Part shown: in pieces, positions 21,642-35,148 of the stretch
Layout: the number at the start of each line of letters is the position of its first letter
How positions within the stretch are numbered: position 1 is the stretch's first letter
From: Hypanus sabinus
Taxonomy: Eukaryota
Assembly: GCF_030144855.1 (NCBI RefSeq)
Contig: NC_082729.1
Span: 23,002,001-23,066,000, forward strand
DNA: 64,000 bases
Reading direction: 5' to 3'
The notes under the pieces: generated by a model
Database searches by the model: none
Told to the model about the DNA's origin: nothing
Seen by the model: the letters and a program-made list of their open reading frames with translations, nothing else
Translations under genes and position numbers: made by a program

Positions 21642-24600
21642 TTCACGCTGTATCTGACCCCGGGAGTGTGTGATGGGACGGTGTGGAGGGAGATTCACTC
21701 TGTGTCTGACCCCGGGAGTGTGTGATGGGACAGTGTGGAGGGAGATTCACTCTGTGTCTGACCCCGGGAGTCTGTGATGGGACAGTGTGGAGGGAGCTTC
21801 ACTCTGTGTCTGACCCCGGGAGTGTGTGATGGGACGGTGTGGAGGGAGATTCACTCTGTGTCGACCCCGGGAGTGTGTGATGGGACGGTGTGGAGGGAGA
21901 TTCACTCTGTGTATGACCCCGGAAGTGTGAGATGGGACGGTGTGGAGGGAGCTTCACTCTGTGTCTGACCCCGGGAGTGTGTGATGGGACGGTGTGGAGG
22001 GAGCTTCACTCTGTGTCTGATCCCGGGAGTGTGTGATGGGACGGTGTCTGACCCCGGGAGTGTGTGATGGGACGGTGTGGAGGGAGCTTCACTCTGTGTC
22101 TGATCCCGGGAGTGTGTGATGGGACGGTGTCTGACCCCGGGAGTGTGTGATGGGACGGTGTGGAGGGAGCTTCACTCTGTGTCTGATCCCGGGAGTGTGT
22201 GATGGGACGGTGTCTGACCCCGGGAGTGTGTGATGGGACGGTGTGAAGGGAGCTTCACTCTGTGTCTGACCCCGGGAGTGTGTGATGGGACGGTGTGGAG
22301 GGAGCTTCACTCTGTGTCTGACCCCGGGAGTGTGTGATGGGACGGTGTGGAGGGAGCTTCACCCTGTGTCTGACCCCGGGAGTGTGTGATGGGACGGTGT
22401 GGAGGGAGATTCACTCTGTGTCTGACCCCGGGAGTGTGTGATGGGACGGTGTGGAGGGAGATTCACTCTGTGTCTGACCCCGGGAGTGTGTGATGGGACG
22501 GTGTGGAGGGAGCTTCACTCTGTGTCTGATCCCGGGAGTGTGTGATGGGACGGTGTGGAGGGAGCTTCACTCTGTGTCTGACCCCGGGAGTGTGTGATGG
22601 GACGGTGTGGAGGGAGCTTCACTCTGTGTCTGATCCCGGGAGTGTGTGATGGGACGGTGTCTGACCCCGGGAGTGTGTGATGGGACGGTGTGGAGGGAGC
22701 TTCACTCTGTGTCTGACCCCGGGAGTGTGTGATGGGACGGTGTTGAGGGAGCTTCACTCTGTGTCTGATCCCGGGAGAGTGTGATGGGACGGTGTCTGAC
22801 CCCGGGAGTGTGTGATAGGACGGTGTGGAGGGAGCTTCACTCTGTGTCTGACCCCGGGAGTGTGTGATGGGACGGTGTGGAGGGAGCTTCACTCTGTGTC
22901 TGACCCTGGGAGTGTGTGATGGGACGGTGTGGAGGGAGCTTCACTCTGTGTCTGACCCCGGGAGTGTGTGATGGGACGGTGTCTGACCCCGGGAGTGTGT
23001 GATGGGACGGTGTGGAGGGAGCTTCACTCTGTGTCTGACCCCGGGAGTGTGTGATGGGACGGTGTGGAGGGAGCTTCACTCTATGTCTGACCCTGGGAGT
23101 GTGTGATGGGACGGTGTGGAGGGAGCTTCACTCTGTGTCTGACCCCGGGAGTGTGTGATGGGACGGTGTGGAGGGAGATTCACTCTGTGTCTGACCCCGG
23201 GAGTGTGTGATGGGACGGTGTGGAGGAAGATTCACTCTGTGTCTGACCCCGGGAGTGTGTGATGGGACGGTGTGGAGGGAGCTTCACTCTGTGTCTGACC
23301 CCGGGAGTGTGTGATGGGACGGTGTGGAGGGAGCTTCACTCTGTGTCTGATCCCGGGAGTGTGTGATGGGACGGTGTGGAGGGAGCTTCACTCTGTGTCT
23401 GATCCTGGGAGTGTGTGATGGGACGGTGTGGAGGGAGCTTCACTCTGTGTCTGACCCCGGGAGTGTGTGATGGGACGGTGTGGAGGGAGATTCACTCTGT
23501 GTCTGACCCCGGGAGTGTGTGATGGGACGGTGTGGAGGGAGATTCACTCTGTGTCTGACCCCGGGAGTGTGTGATGGGACGGTTTGGAGGGAGCTTCACT
23601 CTGTCTGACCCCGGGAGTGTGTGATGGGACGGTGTGGAGGGAGCTTCACTCTGTGTCTGATCCCGGGAGTGTGTGATGGGACGGTGTCTGACCCCGGGAG
23701 TGTGTGATGGGACGGTGTGGAGGGAGCTTCACTCTGTGTCTGATCCCGGGAGTGTGTGATGGGACGGTGTCTGACCCCGGGAGTGTGTGATGGGACGGTG
23801 TGGAGGGAGCTTCACTCTGTGTCTGACCCCGGGAGTGTGTGATGGGACGGTGTGGAGGGAGATTCACTCTGTGTCTGACCCCGGGAGTGTGTGATGGGAC
23901 GGTGTGGAGGGAGATTCACTCTGTGTCTGACCCCGGGAGTGTGTGATGGGACGGTGTGGAGGGAGCTTCACTCTGTGTCTGACCCCGGGAGTGTGTGATG
24001 GGACGGTGTGGAGGGAGCTTCACTCTGTGTCTGATCCCGGGAGTGTGTGATGGGACGGTGTCTGACCCCGGGAGTGTGTGATGGGACGGTGTGGAGGGAG
24101 CTTCACTCTGTGTCTGACCCCGGGAGTGTGTGATGGGACGGTGTTGAGGGAGCTTCACTCTGTGTCTGATCCCGGAAGTGTGTGATGGGACGGTGTCTGA
24201 CCCCGGGAGTGTGTGATGGGACGGTGTGGAGGGAGCTTCACTCTGTGTCTGACCCCGGCAGTGTGTGATGGGACGGTGTGGAGGGAGCTTCACTCTGTGT
24301 CTGACCCCGGGAGTGTGTGATGGGACGGTGTGGAGGGAGCTTCACTCTGTGTCTGACCCCGGGAGTGTGTGATGGGACGGTGTGGAGGGAGCTTCACTCT
24401 GTGTCTGACCCCGGGAGTGTGTGATGGGACGGTGTGGAGGGAGCTTCACCCTGTGTCTGACCCCGGGAGTGTGTGATGGGACAGTGTGGAGGGAGCTTCA
24501 CTCTGTGTCTGACCCCGGGAGTGTGTGATGGGACGGTGTGGAGGGAGCTGCACTCTGTGTCTGACCCCGGGAGTGTGTGATGGGACGGTGTGGAGGGAGC

Positions 24601-24726
24601 TTCACTCTGTGTGTGATGGGACGGTGTGGAGGGAGTTTCACCCTGTGTCTGACCCCGGGAGTGTGTGATGGGACGGTGTGGAGGGAGTTTCACTCTGTGT
24701 CTGACCCCGGGAAGTGTGTGATGGGA
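21642..24726 (-). repeat. 52-bp satellite array A3 (~3.1 kb, inverted, with 31-bp deletion variants)
   Basis: Reverse complement of the unit; abuts the upstream block of + strand copy 3. Confidence 0.97.
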
Positions 24727-26865
24727 TGTTTACTCTTTTTCGCTGATTCAGGAACTCCTGTGGTTTCTCTTTAACACTTTGCCATCCCCATCTGATTCAG
24801 TTTGAGGAACTGAGCTGTGAAACCGGACACCAGAGATGAAAATAAGTGATAAAATCATACTGATGTGTTTTTCAGCCTCAAACAGGACCCGCTCCACTCT
24901 CCGGACTGCTCCCGGACCAGCGTCCTATTCTCCCTTCCCTGCTCTACCGGGGCTGCGGACAGCCCTTCCGTTCGTTTCTGCACAGTTCATCTTCAGCATT
25001 GGTTGCTGTGGTCGCAGCAGTTTGGGATCTGAGTCCAACTCTCCCGAGCTGCCCGGGGGGACGGAGTGAGCCAGAGATTCCGGGGAGGCTGAACTTCATC
25101 GAGAGGGAGAGCAGGCTCCAAGGTGAGTCGGTGGGGGCCCAGGAAGGAATGCAGGAGCTGGGGTCCCTAGGGGTCGGCAGCGGATGATGAATGGTGGGGA
25201 GGGAGAGGGTGGGGTGGTGTTGGGGAGGTGAGGATGGTGGAGTGCACTGCGTTCATTTCAGTGAGGAGGGAGTGTCGTGCTGAGGGTGAGGAGGTGAGGA
25301 GGGAGTGCCGTGCTGAGGGTGAGGAGGGAGTGACGTGCTGAGGGTGAGGAGGTGAGGAGGGAGTGCCGTGCTGAGGGTGAGGAGGTGAGGGGGGAGTGTC
25401 ACACTGAAGGCCACTTTCTTCCCCTTCCCCGTCCGTTTCTCGTCCCTGCTGTGGGGCTGGAGGGTCTGTCAGGGAGGAGAACCAATGCGGTGTGTGAGGG
25501 CTGGTGAGGAGTGAGCACCATGGTGCAGGAGGGGCAGTGAGGGGGGAGATGGTTGTGACTTCCATCCTCTCTCTCTTTTCCCTCCAACCCTCCTCTCTCC
25601 ATCTAGGCCCCTCTCCTTCCCACCCCCTTCAAATCTTCACCCCACCCTTTCTTGTTCTTCCCTCCTCTCCATCTCTGCCCCTGCCCCTCCACCCTTTGCC
25701 ACTCACCTTCCCCTCTTTCCCTCCTTATTCTTTCCACCGTTCCTGCATTCAACCCTCCCCCCACTTCACCTCACATCCTCCGTCCCCCTTTCTCTTTGCT
25801 TGTCCCTGCCACGTACTGCAACCTCCCTTCCCCACACCCCATTTCTACCCCCTCCCCTTCACCCTTCCCTCCTACGCAATGGTTCCACCTTTCCTCCTCC
25901 TCCTCCCCATCCCTCCTCTTCTCCTCCTCCTTCCCTTTCCTCCTCCACGTTTCACCTCCTCCCCTTCCCTCCTACTCCTCCTCTTTCTCTTCTGTTCTCA
26001 TCATCCCCTTCCCTCTCCTCGTTCCCTCCCTCTTCTTCTTCCTTCTTACCCTCCCTGCTCCACACTTTCCCTCTTCCTCCCCAACCTCCCCTTTCCACCT
26101 CCTCCTCCTTCCCTCCCCTTCCCACCTCCTCTAACCCTAACCCGTTCTCCTCCACCCCTTCCTCTCGTCCACCCATCCCCTCCCTTCTCCTCTTATTTTT
26201 CCTCCTCTTCCCTTTCCCTCCTCCCCTCTTTCTTCCTGCTCCTCATTCCCTCTCCTTCACCCTCCCCATTCCACATCATTCTCTCCTTCATGTTCCCCCT
26301 CCCCATCCCTCATCTCCTACCCTTCCCTCTTCCTCCTCTCCTTCCCTCTTCCCCTCCCCTTCCCTGATTCTCTGAACCCTCCCACTTCCCCTTCCCTCCC
26401 CTCCTTCTTTCACCTTGTCTACTCCCTCTTCCATTTCTCTCCTCTTCCATTCTCTCACCTGTCCTTATTCTTCACCCCCGCTTGGTCATCTTCAACCAAT
26501 CTTCACCAGTCCTCCCTTCCCCATCTCCCTTGCCCGTCCTTCCGCCTTTCAGCACCCAGCATCCTCCCCTTATCCATCCATTTCTCTTCTGTTCGCACCT
26601 CCTGATCCCCCAGTTTCAGTTCCTCCTCTGTTGTTTATTCCCTCCCACTCCCTTTCTCCCTTCAGTCCAGTATCGTCCTCTATCATCTTCACCTACCTCT
26701 CCTCTCCCATGCACCTCTCCTTTTGACCCCATCTTCCCTCTTTTCCCTCCCTATCGCTCCCTGCTTCCTCTTTCCCTAACCCACCTCTCTACTTTCCTCT
26801 TTTTGTACCCTCCCTCCATTCCCAACCTCTCTCACCTCCACAATATCTTCCCCTCCAGGCTCAGC

Positions 26866-27528
26866 ATGATGTATTATGGAGATGATTACTTCTACAACAT
26901 GACTTCCTTTGGAAACTACTCCAATGAGAACGTTCCTGAGGATTCTGGGACCCAACTGCCAACATCTGCCACCTTGCCCATCTTTGTCTACGCCCTCACT
27001 TTCCTGTTGGGTGTCCCTGGCAACGGGGCCGTCATCTGGGTGACAGGCTTCAAGATGAAGCGGAGCGTCAACACGGTGTGGTTCCTGAACCTGGCTGTGG
27101 CAGACCTGACCTACTGCCTCAGCCTCCCCTTCCAGATGGCTAACGTTGCCCTGGGAAACTCCTGGCCCACAGACAACGTCCTCTGTAAGCTCATTCCCTC
27201 GGCCATCGTCCTCAACATGTACGCCAGTGTCTTCCTATTGACCATGATCAGCGTCGACCGCTGCCTGGCCGTCACTAGGCCCATTTGGTCCCAGACTCAC
27301 CGGTCCCTGTCTTGGGTGCATGCGGTCTGCCTTGTGGCCTGGGGCCTCACCTTCCTCATGTGCCTGCCCACTCTGCTGACACGGAAGATGTACATAGTCC
27401 CTGAGTTCAACTTGACTTACTGCACCTTGAACTACACCGGGACTTATTTTGGAGACCGGACCAGGGAGATGGTGGGGGTGACACGGGCCCTCTTTGCCTT
27501 CATCTTCCCCTTCCTCATCATGGCCTAG
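26866..27528 (+). pseudogene. GPCR copy 3, truncated in TM5 by a ~553-bp deletion (220 aa)
   Basis: MMYYGDDYF...FPFLIMA*; CDS fused via GGC to 3' UTR sequence GGCCTAGTGAACCAAAATC; intron 25123-26858 intact. Confidence 0.85.
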
Positions 27529-28545
27529 TGAACCAAAATCTTCAGCTGAAAGCCAACAATTGACCTCTGCCCCCCACCACCTGTTTTCAAGTGATCTGTT
27601 CAACCCCTGAGCAACTAACTGAATATTTCCCTGCAGTCGCCAGATAGCGTCTGATCAAAAAAACCAGCCCTGGCCCAAAGGACCCTCTGCGTGAGTTTAG
27701 GCCAAGTTGGTTCACTGCCTCCTGGGCCCAGTTTCCTCATTGCCATGACGACCAGACACGACAGCTCTATCGTGCCGTGACTTTTGCCCCCAGTCCTGCC
27801 CCCTCCATCAGATCCCTGCTGATCTATTTCCATAGATCCTAGAGTGGTGGGGTGGAGATACATCTCTACTAAAGGAGATGTAAGGTTCCCCTTTCCTCCA
27901 CCAGCCTGCAGGTCACCCTTGGGCAAGTTGCAGACCCTCCAATCAGGGTCACGTGAAACCGTGGGAGCTGGTGGTGGGTGGTCATATGAACAGCCCGTTC
28001 AGATCACAAGTCCTGGTTATGCGACCACTGACACAAGTCAGACAATCTCTGAAGAGTATTAATAATGGCCGGGGTCACCTGTCTTGTAAACACACTACCC
28101 AGAAGAAGGCAATGGAATTGCACCCGGGTCTCCCGTACTGTGCTATCCACGACACTAGAGACTTCTACACACAGTGGACTCTTCGTTAGTGCAAGTATCT
28201 AATCAGCCAATCATGAGGAAGCAACCCAGCACATAAAAGCAGGCAGACATGGTCAAGATGTTCCGACCAAATATGGGAATGGAGGAGGAAATGTGATCGA
28301 AGTGCCTTTGACTGTAGGATGCATTAAAAGCCTCTAATGCATTTGCCACGACCACCATAACAGGCAGCACATTCTGGGCATCAACCACTCCCTGAGTAAA
28401 AAACTTACCCCTCACATCCCCTTTGAATCTACCCCCTCTCTCTTTCAATGCATGCCCTCTGGTAGACATTTCTACCCTGGGAAAAAGATACTCCCTGTCT
28501 ATTCTATCTATGAGTCTCATAATCTTATAAACCTCAATCAAATCT

Positions 28546-30625
28546 CTACCATCGTTGCTGGCAGTGCATTCCACACACCCACCACTCTGTGTGAAAAACT
28601 TACCCCTGACATCCCCTCGGTAATTACTTCCATGCACCTTAAAACTATGTCCCCTCGTGTTAACCACTTCAGCCCTGGAATAAGTGTCAGACTATCTATA
28701 CGATCAATGCCTCTCCTCATCTTATACACCTCTATCAGTTCACCTCTCATCCTCCATCGCTGCAAGGAGAAAAGGCCACATTCACTCAAATGATTCTCAT
28801 AAGGCACGCTCCCCAATCCAGGCAACATCCTTGTGAATCTCCTCTGCACTCTTTCTATAGAAACCACAACCTTCCTGTAGTGAGGTGACCAGAACTGAGC
28901 ACAGTACTCCAAGTGGGGTCTGACCAAGGTGTTATATATGTCACCCTCAGGTTCGGCCGGCGGTGTTAGCCCAGGGAAGACAGTCCCTGGCCCACAAACA
29001 GGTTGAATCTGAGGAACAAAACCGCTTGTTCATGTCGATGCTGTGTGATCGGTTCCCCCATTATGAGTCAGTACCACGAAATAACCGACAGTACACCATA
29101 TGGAATCAAACAATTAAGCTTCATAATTCTTAATTTGACTAAAGGGTCAGTAAAGAAAACAAAAAGAAAACGGCCCATTTTAATGAAACTGTCTAATGTG
29201 CACAAGTTGGAGCTCACAGTTTTCCTGCCGTTGGTCCTCCATCAATCTCCCCGGACTTTCTCAACTCCAAGTCCACTCCATCCTGCTGGCTACAACTTCT
29301 CCTTTCAGGCAAATTCTCTCTTCATCTCTCACCGAACAAAAGACTCGGATCACCTTGTTCTCAGGCACACAACAAGAAAAAACACTCCCTTCTTTGGGTG
29401 GTGCATATTCAAAAGCCCCTGTTATCTCTATCTCATGACCCAAACACTGCTGCTACAGAACAACCACTACATTAGCAGTGAAACCTTTCCCAGGGTATTA
29501 CATATAGATGTAACATTACCTTGTGGCTGTTGATCTTCATTCCACAGTTGATGAAGGCCAACACACTATACACCTTCTGAACAACATTGTCAACCCGCAC
29601 AGCAGCTTTGAGTGTCCTAGGGACATGGACCCCAAGATCTAGCTGATCCTCCACACTTACTGTTAATATTATGTTCTCTCTTCAAATTTGACCTAGCGAT
29701 ATGAATCATTTCACACTTGTCTGGGCTGAACTCCGTTTGCCACTTCTCAGCCCAGTTCTGCATCCTGTTGATGTCGAGCTGTCACCTCTGTCAACCCACC
29801 GGACTATCCACAACACCCCCAACCTTTGTGTCATCAACAACCTTACTAACCCACCTTCCTCTTCCTCATCCAGGTCATTTATAAAAATCACCAAGAGGAG
29901 GGGTCCCAGAACAGATCCCTGAAGAACACCACTGGCCACCGTTCTCCTTGCAGAATACGAACCATCCACAGCCACCCTTTGCCTACTTTGGTCAAACCAA
30001 TTCTGGATCCACAAAGCAAGGCCTCTTTGGATCCCATGCTTCATTACTTCCTGAGTGAGCCTCACATGGAGAACCTGATCAAATCTCGCACTGAAATCCA
30101 TATACACTACATCGACTGCTCCACCGTCATCAATGTGTTTTGTTACATCTCAAAGAAGTCAATCAGGTTCGTAAGGCTTCACCATGCTGACTATCCCAGA
30201 TTAGATAATGTCTCTCCGAATGCTCATAAATCCTGCCTCTCAATCTTCTCCAACAACTTGCCCACCACTGAAGTAAGACTTCCTTGTCTATAACTTCCTG
30301 GGTTACGTCTACTTCCTTCCTGAACAAGGGAATAATGTTTGCAAGCTTCCAATCCTCCGGTACTTCTTCTGTCCCTATTGATGATGCAAAGATCACCGCC
30401 AGAGGCTCAGCAATTTCCTCCCTTGCTTCCCACGGTAGACGTGGGAATATCCCGCCTGGTCCTGTTGACTTAACTAACATAATACCTTTCAAAAGCTCAA
30501 GCACATCCTCTTTCTTGATGTCTACATACTCAAGCATTTCAGTCCACTTTAAGTCATCCCCATAATTGCCAAGGTCCTTTTTACTGGTGAATACTGAAGC
30601 AAAGTATTCATCAATTATCTCGGCT
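28546..30625 (-). mobile_element. Degenerate CR1 LINE ORF2 with nested solo LTR (28939-29502)
   Basis: [65 protein letters not shown]. Confidence 0.85.
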
Positions 30626-30749
30626 ACCTCCTCTCAGGAACTTCTGTCAACCCTCCGGACTATCCACAACACCCCCAACTTTTCTGTCATCAACAATCTT
30701 ACTAACCCATTCTTCTACTTCCTCAACCAGGTCATTTATAAAAATTACA

Positions 30750-32050
30750 GAAGGCTGCTGGATCAGACAACATCCCTGGTAGAGTGCTCAGAGGATGTGC
30801 AGACCAGCTAGCAGATGGTCTCACTGACATCTTCAACATCTCCCTGAGCAGCGCCACTGTTCCAACGTGCTTCAAGGCCGCCACCATCGTCCCCGTGCCA
30901 AAGAAGTCTTGTTTCCTGCCTCAACAACTACCATCCCGTTGCACTCACATCCATCATCATGAAGTGTTTTGAGAGGCTTGTCATGAGGCATATCAAGGCC
31001 CTGTTGCCCCCCTAACTGAACCCCCTGCAGTTTGCGTACCGTCCCAACCACTCAACAGATGACGCAATTGCCATCACCCTCCACTTGGCCCTAACCCACC
31101 CGGACAAAAAAGACACATACGTTCGGATGCTGTTCATAGACTTCAGTTCAGCATTCAACACAATCATCCCTCAGAAACTGATTGGAAAGTTGAGCCTACT
31201 GGGCCTGAACACATCCCTCTGCAACTGGATCCTAGACTTCCTGACTGGGAGACCTCAGTCAGTCCTGATCGGGAGCAGCACCTCCAACACCATCACACTG
31301 AGCACGGGGGCTCCCCAGGGTTGTGTGCTCAGTCCACTGCTGTTCACTCTGCTGACCCACGACTGTGCTGCAACACACAGCTCGAACCACATCATCAAGT
31401 TCGCCCATGAAACAACCGTGGTGGGTCTCATCAGCAAGAACGATGAGACAGCTTACAGAAAGGAGGTGCAGCGGCTAACAGACTGGTGCAGAGCCAACTA
31501 CCTGTCTCTTAATGTGAACAAAACAAAAGAGATGGTTGTTGACTTCAGGAGGGCACGGAGCGACCACTCCCTGCTGAACATTGACGGCTTCTCGGTAGAG
31601 ATCGCAAAGAGCACCAAATTTCTTGGTGTTCACCTGACGGAGAATCTCACCTGGTCCCTCAACACCAGCTCCATAGCCAAGAAAGCCCAGCAGTGTCTCT
31701 ACTTTCTGCGAAGGCTGAGGGAAGTCCATCTCCCACCCCTCATCCTCATCACATTCTACAGGGGTTGTATTGAGAGCATCCTGAGCAGCTGCATCACTGC
31801 CCGGTTCGGAAATTGCACCGTCACGGATCGCAAGACCCTGCAGCAGATAGTGAGGTCCAGCTGAGAAGATCATCGGGGTCTCTCTTCCTGCCATCACGGA
31901 CATTTACACTACACGCTATCAGCAAACAGCATTGTGAAGGACCCCACACACCCCCATACAATCTCTTCTCCCTCCTGCCGTCTGGGAAAAGGCTCCGAAG
32001 CATTCGGGCTCTCATGACCAGACTATGTAACAGTTTCTTCCCCCAAGCTT
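30750..32050 (+). mobile_element. Rex1/Babar-type LINE RT fragment (degenerate)
   Basis: [40 protein letters not shown]; the catalytic DD is mutated. Confidence 0.85.
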
Positions 32051-34110
32051 CCCCCATGTGTATATACACATACATACACACTTACTATGATTCAGTTCTT
32101 TCTCTATTGTTATGTAGTGCAATGCATTGTACACAGTCAATAAATTGCTCAACATCTGCCAGTGATTCTGAATCTGGTTCAATACAATACCTGGGGATTC
32201 TCTTTTATCCCACTCACCAAGGAGACTTTTGGCCACCTTCAACCCCGGCTTGAGTTCTTTCCTGGTACATTTGCCTCTCATTCTCACTGAAGGGTCGTTC
32301 TCTCCACAACGGCTGCGGGATTGGAGCTGGGGATCCACTGTTAAGCCTGTGTGGAGATGCCTTCAGTTTAAACATCTGCTGTTGCAGAACCGGTTTTGGG
32401 CAGCAGGGGGAGACATCGTAGAGGGATCTCTGTGCTGAGCAAACTGCTGAATTCAGCTGAATCCTTTCTGTACGTGACCCGTATCCCACCATTCCCTGCA
32501 CGATCATGTGTCTACATAAACTCAGTGGCACTTTGATCACATTTCCTTCCCCATTCCTGTGTTTGGTCGGAACCTCTTGACCATGTCTTCGTGCTTTTAT
32601 GCACTGGGTTGCTGCCTCGTGATTGGCTGATTAGATACTTGCACTAACGAAGAGTCCACTGTGTGTAGAAGTCTCTAGTGTCATGGTTAGCACATTTCTG
32701 GATACCCCGGTTCAATTCCAGCCGCTGCCAGTACGGAGCTTGTACTTTCACCCTGTAACAGTGTGTGTTTCCTCCGGGTGATCCGGTTTCATCCCACGAT
32801 CCAAAGACATACAGCTTGGTAGGGTAATTGGCTACTATAAACTATCCTGGGATTAGGCAGGTTTAGATCAGGTGATCACTGGGCGGCGTGGCACGAAGGT
32901 CTGGAAGAGTCTAATCTGCTCTGTAACTCAATAAATTCATTAATTAAACAGGCCGGTGCTTCCACTACCACCTCCACCCATGGCAGCCCACTTCTGGCAC
33001 GCAGCACGTCTCCTTTAAACTTTCCTTCCTCTCCCCCTGAAACGAAGCCCTCTTCCCGGGGGCGGGAGGAGAAACTGATCGTCACTGTCCATCCCATCCA
33101 AGCCCCCATGATTTTATAATCTTCCAGCAGGTCTCCCCTCAGCCCCCGGAGAAGACGATCAAGTTTTGTCCACCCTCCCCATACAGATCATATGACCACC
33201 CACCACCAGCTCCCACGGTCTCATGTGACCCTGATTGGAGGGTCTGCAACTTGCCCAAGGGTGACCTGCAGGCTGGTGGTGGAAAGGGGAACCTTACGTT
33301 TCCTTTAGTAGAGATGTATCTCCACCCCAGCACCCTAGGCACTATGGAAATAGATAAGCAGTCATGTTTATTCATTTCCATAGATGAATAAAGATATCTT
33401 TTACTCATTTTATTAATAATTTTATTTCATGATTTTATTTTTACTGAATAAACAGTCCTGGTGAAGGGTCCTGTCCCGAAACGTTGTCCAGCCCACAGCT
33501 GGAGTCCAGTGTCCAGTTCTGGTCTCCACACTACAGGAAGGAGGTGACTGCACTGGAGAGGGTGCAGAGGAGATTCCCCAGGACGTTGCCCGGGACGGAG
33601 TGTTTCGGTTATGAGGAGAGACCGGAGAGGGGCAGGCTGAGGGGGGATCTGATGGAGGGGGCAGGTGTGGGGGCAAAAGTCACAGCATGATAGAGCTGTC
33701 GTGTCTGGTCGCCATGGCAATGCGGAAGCAAGGCCCAGGAGGCAGTGAACCAACTTGGCCTGGACTCACGCAGAGGGTCCTTTGAGCTGGGGCAAGTTTT
33801 TTTTTGATCAGACGCTACCTGGCAACTACGGGGAAATATTCAGTTAGTTGCTCAGGGATTGAACAGCTCACAGGCAAATCGGTGGGCAGGGCAGGGGTCA
33901 GTGGTTGGCTTTCAGCCGAGGATTTTCGTTCACCAGGCCTTGAACGATGGGCCTTGTAGGATTGGGACACTCGTAGGCAGAGTGCTGGCGGAGGGCGGGG
34001 GAAATGGGTGCTATAATAGTGGGAGGTGACACAGGGCAAGATGGAGTAAGGGGTATCAATGGCAGGACGGACCGAGGAGCCAGCATTGGTGGGACATAGA
34101 GGATGAGTCT

Positions 34111-35148
34111 TCACATACTGGCATCTATACTGGAGATGGTCTTCATGCGAGTCTTGCAAGCTGTCTCAGTCTGCTCCTCAGCAAAGGCCAAACGGAGCGA
34201 GGTGGACAGGGAACGCCGGAAAACCTGGCGGAAGTTGCGGCCGGCAAAGACATAGAGGATGGGGTTCAGGGCGCTGTTGAAGGAGGCTAGGCCCATGGAG
34301 AAGCTATCCCAGACCCAGGCCGCCGGATGTTTGGAGAAAGCCTGAGCTAGGCCGCAGATGTGGTATGGGAGCCAGCAGAGGAAAAAGGCGGCAACTACAA
34401 CAGCAATGAGGCGGACAGGCTTCCTGGTCTTGCTGGTCTTGGCGAACTTGCCCCTCTGCAGCTTCTGGCCGATCAGGAGGTAGCAGAATGCCATGATGAG
34501 GAAGGGGAAGATGAAGGCAAAGAGGGCCCGTGTCACCTCCACCACCTCCCTGGTCCGGTCTCCAAAATAAGTCCCAGTGTAGTTCAAGGTGCAGTAAGTA
34601 AAGCCGAACTCAGAGTCGATGTACATCTTCCGTGTCAGCAGAGTGGGCAGGCACATGAGGAAGGCAAGGCCCCAGGCCACAAGGCAGGCCGCACGCACCC
34701 AAGACAGAGACCGGTGAGTCTGGGACCAAATGGGCCTAGTGACAGCCAGGCAGCGGTCGACGCTGATCATGGTCAATAGGAAAACACTGGCGAACATGTT
34801 GAGGACGATGGCCGAGGGAATGAGCTTACAGAGGACATTGTCTGTAGGCCAGGAGTTCCTCAGGGCAACGTTAGCCATCTGGAAGGGGAGGCTGAGGCAG
34901 TAGGTCAGGTCTGCCACAGCCAGGTTCAGGAACCACACCATGTTGACGCTCCGCTTCATCTTGAAGCCTGTCACCCAGATGACGGCCCCGTTGCCAGGGA
35001 CACCCAACAGGAAAGTGAGGGCGTAGACAAAGATGGACAAGATGGCGGATGTTGACAGTTGGGTCCCAGAATCCTCAGGAACGCTCTCATCGGAGTTGTT
35101 TCCAAAGGAAGAGATGTTGTAGAAGTAATCATCTCCATAGTACATCAT
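34111..35148 (-). CDS. Chemoattractant GPCR, C3aR/C5aR/CMKLR1-like, copy 4 (intact, 345 aa)
   Basis: Complete ORF MMYYGDDYF...TISSIDASM*; intron 35156-42867 enlarged by a minisatellite. Confidence 0.92.
   Translation of the reverse strand: MMYYGDDYFYNISSFGNNSDESVPEDSGTQLSTSAILSIFVYALTFLLGVPGNGAVIWVTGFKMKRSVNMVWFLNLAVADLTYCLSLPFQMANVALRNSWPTDNVLCKLIPSAIVLNMFASVFLLTMISVDRCLAVTRPIWSQTHRSLSWVRAACLVAWGLAFLMCLPTLLTRKMYIDSEFGFTYCTLNYTGTYFGDRTREVVEVTRALFAFIFPFLIMAFCYLLIGQKLQRGKFAKTSKTRKPVRLIAVVVAAFFLCWLPYHICGLAQAFSKHPAAWVWDSFSMGLASFNSALNPILYVFAGRNFRQVFRRSLSTSLRLAFAEEQTETACKTRMKTISSIDASM

Noticed and set aside
24836-25069. 77-aa ORF in the upstream block as a separate gene or coding first exon
   Set aside because: Ends in TGA before the donor, is disrupted in other copies, and has no recognisable motif.
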